Positions 13,726 to 25,375 of a stretch of 64,000 bases of DNA are shown piece by piece. Every line of letters begins with the position of its first letter. The first letter of the stretch is position 1. A model generated the notes under the pieces. That model ran no database searches. It was not told the DNA's origin and was given only the letters and a program-made list of their open reading frames with translations. A program made the position numbers and the translations under genes. Source of the DNA: Rhina ancylostomus (taxonomy: Eukaryota); contig JARFYF010000050.1 in assembly GCA_030265395.1 (NCBI GenBank), forward strand, positions 20,193,707 through 20,257,706, in the 5' to 3' direction.

Positions 13726-15084
13726 TTAGGATTGATTAAAAAACAAAATTGCAAACTGCAGCATATTAAATTAATATATTTGAATAAATTGCAAAACATC
13801 TGACAGCATGGAACAAAATGCTTTTCATCGTTTTAATTGTATCAGTATTATAAAAATCCACCCAGTGCCAAGTGCTGCGAGTAAAAATCACCAAATAAAA
13901 GCATGAAGCAGTAAAATGTTGCAAAACATTATCAATATACAGAAAACTAATCACAGATTTATATGGCAAGCCAGATTCAGGGGAAAGCTTTTAAATTGCT
14001 CAGTGAACCAGGCTGCTCAGGGACAGCAAAATCTATGCTATTAAATAAAAAAAAATGTCTCCACTGTAACTCAGATCTCAACAGTAAAGCAGTGATACTG
14101 ACACATTGCAATTACATTGCATTATGCTATACAAGAATATTACTAGAGGAAAATAATACACTACCTTGTCTGCCCCAGTTCTTTCAATAAATTGCATTCA
14201 AGTTTCTTCAGGTTACCCAACCAATTGTGTTCTTTTCTAATATTCATATATTAAGAACATTGCAATATGCACAGGAATTCAAGCATTTGGGAAAAATGCA
14301 TCAATCAATTTTCCACCGAAAGAACTTGAAGGAGTTAAACTTGAATGCTCCGTTTTAAGTTGAAGTTGGCTTGTTTGAAATTTTCTTTACAGGCACTATA
14401 TTAATATACCCAGCATAGAAGATGTGCTCCAAAACAGCTAGGCGTTTAATTGCAACTTCTGTCATGTTTTCAGGAGAAAACACAATTTATTTAACACTAG
14501 GAAAGCAGAGATGCCCAAAGCCCACTATTGTAAAAAAAATGATGATTTTGGAGGGGGGTGGGGGTGGAAGTGGAAGAGGCATAGGCATATGCAGATTAGC
14601 CAGTTTTATTTGACACGCCTGTGAATCATTTATGAATACTCATTCTGTAGGGCACATCAGAAAGGTACAAAGTTCAATCATAGTGTCTGTTTGACCAGAA
14701 TAGACCACTAGGTGGTCAAAATACAGACTAATTCACCTCTGATCTCCTACCCACATTTTGACTATGCAGTTTTTGGAGTCACCTAAGGTGCCAGGCAGAT
14801 GCACGTTGGATTACAAATGTACATTTAAGTTGCAGTCAACATGATCCATTTTGGAACCTAATGTTACGTAAACATCAAATCAGAATTCCTGCCCCGCGGC
14901 TCGGCCAATATTATACCTGGGAGGATTGGCCTCCGAGGAGTCACCAAGGCTCTATTTTAATGGAGAGCAGAACAAAGAAGACCACTCAGGAGTGCACTGG
15001 GATGGTCAGGTCCAGAGGAACAAATAAGGGTTTCAAGTGCAGATAGGCTGAGATGGCACGGAATTGAGTAACAATCTGCAGGTG

Positions 15085-15330
15085 GATGTGTAGTCTCAAG
15101 GCATACTTTTGTGATGCAGCTCTGACCTCCATCCGCCATTACAACTCTGCAGCTTCTGATCTGCTCAACCACATTCACCTGTTCACTTTTGGAACCCTCA
15201 AATGTTCTCTCTCCCTCACATACACTGGCTGTTCCCATTGCTGAGGTTTTCATTCCTTTAATTCCAAGACGCATGAACTTGTAGAAATTACTGACTGGCA
15301 TTTGATTTAGCCATATCTGACTGGGCCATA
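15085..15330 (+). mobile_element. L2 LINE ORF2 C-terminal remnant
   Basis: Degenerate match to LGVIFD..L.F..HI and AETLIHAF..SRLDY.N.LL.G (gctgaggttttcattcct...aagacgcatgaact...ttactgactggc). Confidence 0.4.
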
Positions 15331-16394
15331 TAAAGTAGTCAGTATTCTCCTAGAAGTGATCACTGCATTCAGAAAAATATTTTTACAATCCAATATCTGA
15401 TCATGCTGCATGTAATCTGATCTGGACTCAATCTGTATTTTAGCACAGTAGTTATGGAAAGGAAGTGGGATACGATTATCATGGATCTCTTTGTTCCTAA
15501 AATTGGGAACATCTGGACAGCTTCCTCTGCTGTCCACTTATCTCACTTCCCCATTCTGGTTTCTAATGCAATTTCTAGCAGGAAATTTCGTGTTTTTAAT
15601 TGCATTCCTACTTTAATCTGTTATTCCTGGAAGCGTCCTATCCTCTGGGCAGGCTGTCCAATTGAATGGATAAGCGATGACAAATCATTATAAATGGGAG
15701 CAAAGAGTTAAAACTGTATCGGCCTCCCACTCATGCTGATACCACCCCAACACTCCCAGCATCCCAACCCCATTAACTACCTTGTCCAATCTACATGCAG
15801 TATCCAGCTCAGATCACAAGATGATGTGATCAGAAGCCAAATCCCAGAACAATAACCAAAGCAGACCCCAAAATTATAACATTTAGCACAAAATATTTCT
15901 GCATGCTGGAGAGCAAAGGTTCAAACATTTTAATGACATTATAAATGATTGTGCAAAGGGAAGGGTCACACCAGTTCAATTTTAGATTTGCCAGCAAAGA
16001 TGTTGCTTATTTATGCAAATCAATGGAGACAAGAGGAAAGAAAATTAAACTCCAGGGGCCAATTATCAGGGATGGCTGGATTCAATGCTGAGCCTTTTTG
16101 CTGTTACTGAAGATTCCTCCCACTCAGGATTTGCTAATAGCAGTCAGTGTTTCAAAAAAAAAGCCCAAAATGCCATTGTCCCTTTCCACCAACACACCTG
16201 GAATGGGGAATGGTTGGACTACTGCCCTTCGAGGATGTTGCGTCAACCCAGTTACAAGTTTTCAGAGCAAGTCATTCAATTATGCAGAGAAGCTTTTAAA
16301 TACAGGCAACAGTACTCGTGCCCAAATGTTGGAAAGCCCCCAAATGAACCTTGAATAAACAGCAAGGGTCTGGAGACTGGGTAATGATACAAAG

Positions 16395-16696
16395 TACAGG
16401 CAGTCCCAAGTTACACAATGGCTCCATTCCTGAGAACTGACTGTTAGCAGATTTCTTCATGTCAGAAGATGTTTTCTATAGTAACCCATGTATATCGTTC
16501 TACATACACTTGCTATAAATTATTTTATTTTGTTGAATAACCACCCTAACACTACCCATAATTCAACAAGTGGAATATATACCATATCCAGTCACTAATG
16601 AATACCATGAAACATTTACTAGCTTGAAGAATGTTTTATTAGTGTATGAGAGAATATGTGTAAAGTAAGATTTCCCTAAGTTAGGGAACTCCTGCA
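16395..16696. mobile_element. Tc1/mariner Tigger-type MITE relic
   Basis: Imperfect terminal inverted repeats, TA|caggcagtcccaagttac on the left and ctaagttagggaactcctg on the right, with a non-coding interior. Confidence 0.5.
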
Positions 16697-17444
16697 GTAC
16701 TTTTGCTTTAAAGGAAAAGGATGGCAGCAGTGTTTAAAACAAAACATCAGTTGCACATACTTAAATGGAAGTGATGGAACACAGAATGGGTATTGTTTTC
16801 TGCTGGTCTCCTCATACCAAAGTTCATTAAACAGTTTTTTTTAAAAAACAGGAGACAAATCTGGCAATGACTGTCATTGACAGTCATTTGACTGGCTCAA
16901 ATCCTCTGCAGTACAAGGCCACATCATATTAGCCAAAGCAAGGAGCCCAATTCTCCTGTTGCTGCTCATATAAATCTTTATTAATTTCCAACCTGATGCT
17001 GTAGAGTATATATTTGAAAGTGGTGTCTGATATTAGGGAGAAAAAGTTCAGTGTGACTCTGACCTGGTTCTCCGGCCTTCACACCCAGCTCTTACTGTCA
17101 CAATTTAAAAATAATATTGAATAAGCATCACACAGAAATGATAGCTGTCCTGGCAAATCAGAGATAAAGTCCCCAGGGGAGAAAAACAGAGATTAATGTT
17201 TTTTTTGGAACTAAGGCTGTATGATAAGGTTCAATGGGTGATGGCATTACAAACATCTGCATCCATCTCCTGTGACAGAGAAACCCTAAAGTTGACATTT
17301 TGCACAGGACTTCCAACATTTTTCTGGTACCAGCAACCAATGTTGGCTTCTCAGTGCTTCACACTACCCACAATCATTCTAGCTGAAAGGAATACTTGCA
17401 TGCTGGTGATACAGTTCCCATATTTCCTCCCCTCTGTCCCTGGT

Positions 17445-17910
17445 GATGTCAGGGATATTGCCAGGACTGGAGGGCCTAAGTTATAGGGAGAGGTTGGCCA
17501 GGCTAAGTTTTATTCCTTGGAATATGGGAGAATGAGAGGCATCCTTACAGAATTGTTTAAAATTATGAGAGGCATAGATAAGGTGGACAGTAACATTCTT
17601 TTCCCCAGGTTAGGGGATTACAAAGCTCAGGGGCACAGATTTAGGATGAAAGGGGAAAGATTTAAAAGGGACCTGAGGGGCAACTTTTTCAGGCAGAGTG
17701 TGGTGAGTATATGCAATGAGCTGCCAGAGGAAGTAGTTGAGGCAGGTACCATAGTATCATTTAAGAAGCACTTGGATAGGTACATGGAAGGTGCGCGGTT
17801 TAGAGGAATATGGGCCAAACACAGGAAATTGGGACTAGCTGAGTGGGCACCATGGTTAGCATAAACTCACTGGACCAAAGGGCCCATAGTGCTCTATGCC
17901 TATGTCGGTG
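17445..17910 (+). mobile_element. CR1 (HER1-like) LINE 3' end
   Basis: ORF RMRGILTELFKIMRGIDKVD...GHRFRMKGERFKRDLRGNFFRQSVVSICNELPEEVVEAGTIVSFKKHLDRYM is the canonical CR1 ORF2 C-terminus. Confidence 0.95.
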
Positions 17911-19604
17911 TACTCTTCTGTACAAATCACAAAACCCTGAATGAAGTAGTTCAATGTTCATCCAATTAAAAGACACCACATGATCATTGACCAGCTTAGA
18001 GTGCTTTCCTTTGGCATCCATCTTACAAATGCCTCTGGCTGGCCTTCTCCTGCACAATCTGTGCCTTGACTGAAGCCAGGCAGCTTCCTTGAAGTGAAGG
18101 TAGTTGCAGAAGATCACAAAGGTTGACCACTGAGGAGCTCTGATTATTACTCCATGAAACCACTTACACAAAACTACCCCCAATCCCACAATTTTGTCAG
18201 ATCAACTAGTCTAGTAATCTGCTGAAATACAAGTCAAATGGATGTCATCGTTGCCTTAAAGACTCTGGCAACTATGGAATGCAGAGTCACATGGGAGAAT
18301 TGAGAGGCTGCATAGAATGAAGCCAACTTTTGATGTCAGTAGTCAGTCTTTCCACTGCATACTCAGATGTTTGGTGACTTCTGCTTTTGCTACAAAGACC
18401 TGTGCCACAGTCAGGTCCACAAGACAGAGTAATCAGTTCCATACTGAAAAGATGAGCTCCAAGCTTGGTGCTGTCACATACACCATACCTTCTTACAGAG
18501 GCTCTTGGATAGGCTGAATAATGCTCCAGACATCTCCACATACATGCTCATCAGGCTTCATTTATAGCCTGTTCCACCACATCCAAGTTTTATGGGGCAG
18601 TATGTGGCGCTTGTGTTACCCTTGCCCTCTGACCTGGTTGCAATCAACTTATGCCCAGTTGCTCACTGTGTTCAGATCCCACCTGCAAATCACTTTCTAC
18701 AATGCTTTGCTGACTGGAAGTGATAGACAAGATACCTCCTCCAAAGCCTGGGGCTCTTCAGATGCTTCCTTGTCAGTGGGTATTTCTTATTTATCTGANN
18801 NNNNNNNNNNNNNNNNNNNNNNNNNNNNNNNNNNNNNNNNNNNNNNNNNNNNNNNNNNNNNNNNNNNNNNNNNNNNNNNNNNNNNNNNNNNNNNNNNNAT
18901 AAGATTACCTGCAGGTAAGTGTAAGGTGTGAAGGGTGCAGGAGTGCTGGAGGAATGGTTAAACCTCTGACTGTAACAGCACTTACGTTGGCAGATGGGAT
19001 GTTAACAATTTCACTGCCGTGACTAGACATGTGCGATAATTTTTGTTTTGTTAGAGTACTTGAGCCAAGCCCTTGGGTCATTATTGCCTATGTTCATCTC
19101 TCTGACCACCTCCCCTTATTGGCACTTAACTTCTGACNNNNNNNNNNAGTGTTTTCCTAAGTCCTCCAGCAGGTAGAACCTCCCAGTTAAGTGCACCTCT
19201 TTTACCAAGACTGAAGTGACAGTGAAATGGGATTCACACCTCATGTCCTTGCTGGCATTGCTACAGTGCTTGCTCCTTCAGCCACATACTGACTTCCAAC
19301 AACAGTCTGATGCAGTGGTCATTTCTCCTGCAACAGCCGCAGTCACAACACTAGTCAGTCTCCTGGTTGGTTTCAGGTGAATGTTCTCGCCCTGAATATC
19401 CACTAATGGAAAAAAGTTACAAATGCCTTGCATAAGGGGCATGCAAAATAAAAAAAAGTCAGGTTTAACCAACAGGATAAAATGACACGGATATTTTCAC
19501 ACATTTAATGGATTTATTAGTTCATAGCTTTTCTTAGGATCAAGTTGGTTTAAGAACACCCAAATAGCCTGCCAACATGTTAGAAATGAAATAAACAAAG
19601 CCAG

Positions 19605-19792
19605 AGTATCAGACAAGATGCTGGAAGAACTCAGCAGGTTGAGCAGCTATCTTAAGTGANNNNNNNNNNNNNNNNNNNNNNNNNNNNNNNNNNNNNNNNN
19701 NNNNNNNNNAGGAAGGAATTGTCAACGTTTCACTGAATTCCTCCAGCAGATTGTTTGTTGCTCCAGATTCCAGCATCTGCAGTCTCATCTCC
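19605..19792. mobile_element. Inverted pair of Penelope-like termini spanning a gap
   Basis: gctggaagaactcagcagg on the left and ctgaattcctccagcagattgtttgttgctccagattccagcatctgcagtc on the right. Confidence 0.6.
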
Positions 19793-20154
19793 ATAAAGCT
19801 ACAGTATAGCTTATTAGTATTTCCCCCATACTCCAATTTTGCAATATTTCTTTTACATACTTTTCTTGACTTTTATAGCTTTCTCACCCTTGATCAATTC
19901 CCACTTTTCTCTGCATTAATACAAGCATTTTTATTTCCACAATATCTTTTTCTTACTTAATTTGTCAACCATGGTTGCTTAACTGCACAAGAAGGGCCTT
20001 TTATTTTTGAATATTCCCAGCATTTGTAGGATTACAAGTTAACAGGGCTGCTCAATGGTCAATTGATTTCTCAACCCTTTGAAATCTGAAGCATTTAAAG
20101 GCTTGATGGGAAGAAATGAGTCACAATATGAAATGCAACTTTCTCATGGCTCAA

Positions 20155-20388
20155 AAAAAATGCTGGAGGAACTCAGTGGGTCAGGTAGCATCTGTGGAGG
20201 AAAGCAAACAGTCAATATTATGGATTGAGACCCTTCATCTGAACTGTTCATTCAGGTCCAGATGAAGGTTCTCAATCCATAATGTCAACTATTCATTTCC
20301 TTCTGCAGATGCTACCTGGCCTGCTGAGTTCCTTCAGTGGCTTGCTTTATGCTCCAGACTGCAGCATTGCAGTCTCTTGTGTCTCCAT
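20155..20388. mobile_element. Head-to-head Penelope-like terminal repeats forming a long palindrome
   Basis: Arms of ~83 nt (20162-20244 and 20256-20338) are near reverse complements around a ~11-nt spacer. Confidence 0.8.
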
Positions 20389-20956
20389 TTATAATGCTTA
20401 TAGTTCACAAGATGTTCCCTTGCATCGTCAGAATGTTGACAACTAACTCTGGATTGTTATTTATCAATAAATCTAGCATGGCTTGTTTCCTTGTTTTTTC
20501 CAAGTCTTACTGTTCCAATCTGGAGAAATGTTTTGCCTTTACTACTCGAGGTATCCTCTTTACCCAGTCAAATGAAAGAATTAAAAATCTCTCATTATAC
20601 CACATGGTTTGTGTTACATGCTTCTCTAATCTCCATACTTATATATTACCTCACTGTATCATTGCTGTCAAGATATTTGCAGAGAACTCCCACCAGAGTC
20701 TTACATCCTTTTCTGCTCCATTGTTCAGCCATGCTCGTTCACTGAGCTGCTTTCTATCCATTGCTGAAATTATGTTTTTCTTTAAATCAATATTGCTACA
20801 GTGCATTTAATTCCAATTTCTCCATCCTTTCAAAAGAACCTGTTGTACAGAATATTTAGTTCCTAATTAAGCAGAGCTTGTAGCCAGATCTGTGTTGTGG
20901 CCTCTACATCGTACCCATTAGGCAGAATTCATCCTTCCAACTCATTTGTTTTAGTT

Positions 20957-20957
<1 letters not shown>

Positions 20958-21000
<43 letters not shown>
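20958..21000. repeat. (CA)n microsatellite
   Basis: Visible directly in the sequence. Confidence 0.95.
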
Positions 21001-21003
<3 letters not shown>

Positions 21004-21119
21004 ATCTGTCCTTTATTTGTACTTTTTGACCCATGTCTTCCTTTTGGTTGTTGATATATACTCTTAGAGATTTTTTTATATTTAAAATAAAACCAGAATG
21101 TTTCAGAATTAATGGTTCA

Positions 21120-21265
21120 TATTCTCTGCAACTTAAAGCATATATTTTTCCCCACCTTTCCAGTTGTGATTAAAAAGGTTATTGGCCTGAAACATTCACC
21201 ATTTCTCTCTCCACAGATGCTGTTTGACCCACTGGGTATCTACAGAATTTTCTGTTTTTACTGCA
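21120..21265 (+). mobile_element. Penelope-like element terminal fragment
   Basis: ctctgcaacttaaa...cctgaaacatt...ctctctccacagatgctg...ttttctgttttta. Confidence 0.7.
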
Positions 21266-23479
21266 AATGAAAATACGAGTTACTGTATGTCTTTTTTAGT
21301 TCTGCAGGAATATATAGATTTCTGTGGTTCAAATAAACATGGATGAATTTGTTTCTCTTTATATTTCTATTCAAGCTAGGCAGTAAGCCCATTACAAAAT
21401 TATCACTAGCTAAATGTACTATTGTGTGCATGGGCTAATAAGCTAATATGCTTTGTTCCTGCAATTTACTTCATAAAGATTGTTTTGATAAAATTAAGTG
21501 CATTTGCTATTGCATTAAGCAGTCATCTTCACAGTCTGTCCACTGTGCACAGTTCAGTCATAGATTAATGGACTCAGTTTTTATCTTTACGAATACCAAT
21601 CTGTTAACTGATCACCTGAAGTGGGCGAGTTTAATACTTCCTTACTCACTATGAAAATACAACAAATATAAAATTGCTACTTTTCTTATTTTTAATATTG
21701 TAAATAACAGACATTACCCAAAATAAATGGATTCTGCATGAAACCATCCTGTGTCCTTTCTGCTGTGATCCTAAATGAATAAAGTGTAAATCAGTCATAT
21801 GGTATAACATTGTGATATGCCTGGAGGTTGACTTCAGAATTAACTGAATTAGTTTAGAATTTCTGAAGATCAGATTTGAATTTTAAATCGAAGTAGTAAT
21901 GATAGAACTCTCTACAAAGAACAATCTACAAAAAAAAAGCCCTCACTGGCATTCCTTCCTATAATCCCAATTCCCAGTTGCTATTGGATCTGATGTGCTT
22001 ACATTAAGAAATTTTTGCCCTCAACATCAATAGTGCATGTATAAAAAGTCTGTCTGATCCCCTCAGACAAGTTCTTAATTTAACCNNNNNNNNNNCATTT
22101 AAATTAATTTATCAACATTAGGAATCACTTTCACCTTGACCTGACAGGAGTGGGTTTGCGTGTTCCCATATAAAGATGTTATGGGGAATGTTTTGCAAAC
22201 TTTGGACATTTTAATACCCAATTGCATTGTGGTCTGTGGGGTGTGACCCAGATATACACCAACATTTCTTATTGGCCTGGACCGGACTGTATTCTTATAT
22301 GGATGAGTTCAAATTCAAATAACTGAGTATCCACAAGTACAGTTCTAAATAATTCTAATATTCATTTATGATTAATCAATTTAGGATTAAAGGAATTATA
22401 TAAGCAACACAACAGTACTACAGGAACAAATGCAACTGTAAGAGACATAACAGGGAGGTTCACTGACCCCCTGTTGTATAATGCAACAAAATTCTTCAAT
22501 TATATTTCTGTGGACAATGCACAGAGTTCTAGACAAGTGCATCAGCCATGAGAGACCAGCAGAGAGACTGGGAAATACAAAATCAGAACTACTGTCACTA
22601 GTGATCTATGTAATTGTTCAGTTGCTGATGCAACCATTTGATATTCCCCAAGAGAGTCTGACTTCACTGTAACCTTTTGTAATATTGTTCAATCAAAATC
22701 TCGTAAAAGACCAACATCTTCCCTCTCACTTTGCTGACAGACAAGGTGAGTTCCAAATGCACTTCCCCTCCTCCTCACACCTCCACTCCAAACAATATCC
22801 TTACACCTTTCCCCCCCCTGCCCAACCCCATTTTGTCTTACAACAATATTGGGTTCACAGAACCAGATGGAGATTCAAATTTTGACAAACATTAAAAATA
22901 TACACTATCAACTGCAATCACAGATTCTTTGTCACATTTACCAATTTTTTGTGAATTTTATTTTTAAATCCCAGATTGAATTTTCACACTGGAGAGTTGA
23001 AAGTTAAATTTCGAAGTACTATCAGGTAGGTAACTACACTATCCTTAACCTGATCTTTTCACCCTGATCTGAAGTTATTTTAAGTTCCCCAAGCCAACAT
23101 CAAACAAGGCATCAAAATACAAATGGTTGGGGTGTGGGGAGAAAGGGGGAAAACAAATTTAACTGTGCCACCAACCTCAGGAATCCATATGGAAGGGGAT
23201 TGTAAAATAGCTCTCTTAAGGTGGGAGGAATATATTATTGCTCTCAGCAGACAGAATATAGTAGCATTGTGTATATTTACGTGATATGAAGCCTTTGAAA
23301 TATGTAACTGCTTGATGATGGATAGGACAGGAATATGGATTCCCTAACTTAATTTTTTTATTTGAGGATAATTCTCCCAAACCATGGAGGTACTTGTGGA
23401 TTTTTTTGTCATATGGAGAATAACAGCATGGAAACAGGCAATTTGACACATCTAATTTGCGCAGACCATTGAGGACCAT

Positions 23480-23765
23480 ATAACACTAATCCTACAGTAA
23501 TCCCATTTTATTCACCCACATTCCCTTCAAGACCCCCACTTTCCCAGATTCTGTCACTCACCAACACATTAGGGACAATTTGCAATGGCCAATTGACCTA
23601 ATAATATGAAGTCTTTGGGATGTGGGAGAAAACTGCAGTCCAAAAGAAAACCCAAACTGTCACTGGAAAAATCTGCAGACTCCACACAGACAGCAACAGA
23701 GGTCAGGATCGAAACCAGGCTGTTAGAACTGAGGCAGCAGCTCAATTGGCTGCATGACTCTGCCA
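23480..23765 (-). mobile_element. HE1-like V-SINE
   Basis: gtctttgggatgtgggagaaaactg...gcagactccacacagacagc...ggtcaggatcgaaaccagg: antisense V-domain and B box. Confidence 0.85.
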
Positions 23766-25184
23766 CTCCAAAAAGGTATAAATATTCTGAGGACTGTAGA
23801 ACAGAGACTGAATCATGCAGAGCAAGGTCCATGAAAGGGTGTACAAATTGTTGTCTCAAGCTAGCTATACCCAAGTGAATGATTGGGGAATTGGGAGATT
23901 AATAGCATGACTAAGGTGTGTGCGTGTGCGTGTGCACGTGCCCTGAATGTCAGGAGGTGCTTTCACTTCAAACAACATTGTGGAAATTCCTGATGACCGA
24001 GACTTTTGGAAACAAGGAGGATCCTTCTGACGGAAGCAGGCTCAGAGATTTATGAAAACATTTAAAAAGTGTTCATCCACCAAAGGTGGAGGATGTGTAT
24101 TTGAAAAAGTTTTACAATCCTGAGACACTGCAGACTGCTGAAAGTTACCGCTTTGGAAAAAGGAGTCCCAAAACAATAACACACACAAGTTTATTTTGGA
24201 ACAAAAAGCTTTCGATATTTTGTCACTTTAGAAGTTTCCAGGGGGAGGGCGCAATAAGTGACCAATTGGCATGTAGGCTGAAGAATGAGTGCACTCACAG
24301 TAAACTGTTGTCAGTTCCCAACCGGACATTTGATTTTGTGTGTTAAACAGCTTTGTCCTTGGGCATGCCAAATAGAAATTAATGCCAGTCAATAAATATT
24401 TGTTAAAGCGAAGAGAAGACATCTGCCCCCAAGCTGACAGTCATGGAGCTCAGAACTGGATGGATGGCCAGAGTGAACATAGTTGTTATGGCTGGTGGTG
24501 ATGGAAGTCCAAATCCTTTATAGGTTGTTCATTCTTGGAAACAGAATGCGACAGAAGCAGCTAGCTGGAACTTCTTGAAGTAAAAGTAGAAGGAGAAACT
24601 CTGGAGAAAAAATTGCCAGTCATTTCATACCATCAAGGAGTAACAGCCCATGGAAGATTTGCTTGAGAGTCATAACATCAAGACAGCAAAGATATCCAAG
24701 AACAATTCCAAGGACATTGCCATCCAAGTACCATTTGTGGGAACTCCAGTCACCACAGAGGTCAACACTAGGACATCAGCTAGTATCATCTCAGAAATGC
24801 TAAGTAATCTATATCTGGAACCATCACAAAGAAAATTATGCAGCTATGGATTTCTGTTGCANNNNNNNNNNNNNNNNNNNNNNNNNNNNNNNNNNNNNNN
24901 NNAAGAAAAAAAAGGAACAATATAATTCAGAACAGAGATAGGTAAAATGCCAGAAGTGGCAACTCCTAAAATAGCCCAGGATCAGCCCTTTATGGAGAAA
25001 ATCATCCTTGGACTCTGCGTAGAACGTTTCAAAGATGTACTAAGGCCTTAAATTTCTAAAAGAAAGAAATAATAAAGCTTCCTTGTCAAACTTTTGTTTT
25101 CTTTTCCCTCAGTTAAAAAGGTTGAATTAATTGTAAAGTAATATTGTTCACGAATTTGGTCCATTCTATTTTGTTGAGAAAGGA

Positions 25185-25375
25185 CATTTGTGAATCTGAT
25201 GGGTTTTTATGACAACCTGGTAATTTCATGTCACCATTACTGATACTAGCCTTTTATACAATTACGTGAATTTAAAATTTCCCTGCTGCTGTGGAATGTT
25301 TGAAGATACATCTCCAAAATCAATAGTGCAGAGCTCTGGATGCTAATCTAGTGACTTAACCACTATGCTACTGTA
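25185..25375 (-). mobile_element. tRNA-derived SINE, degenerate
   Basis: Antisense relative of the 8805-8930 element (gaatttaaaattt...tttgaa...taatctagtgacttaaccactatgctac). Confidence 0.55.

Noticed and set aside
14165-14236. Possible minus-strand exon KEHNWLGNLKKLECNLLKELGQT
   Set aside because: Weak polypyrimidine tract and donor, isolated, and no match to MYO1H or any protein I recognise.
17960-18800. Several 85-136-aa ORFs
   Set aside because: They look like a very degenerate antisense LINE RT region; too eroded to call and not gene-like.
23950-25150. Possible solo LTR
   Set aside because: Composition is suggestive (CCAAT, AATAAA), but I could not identify TG...CA ends, a target-site duplication or a second copy.
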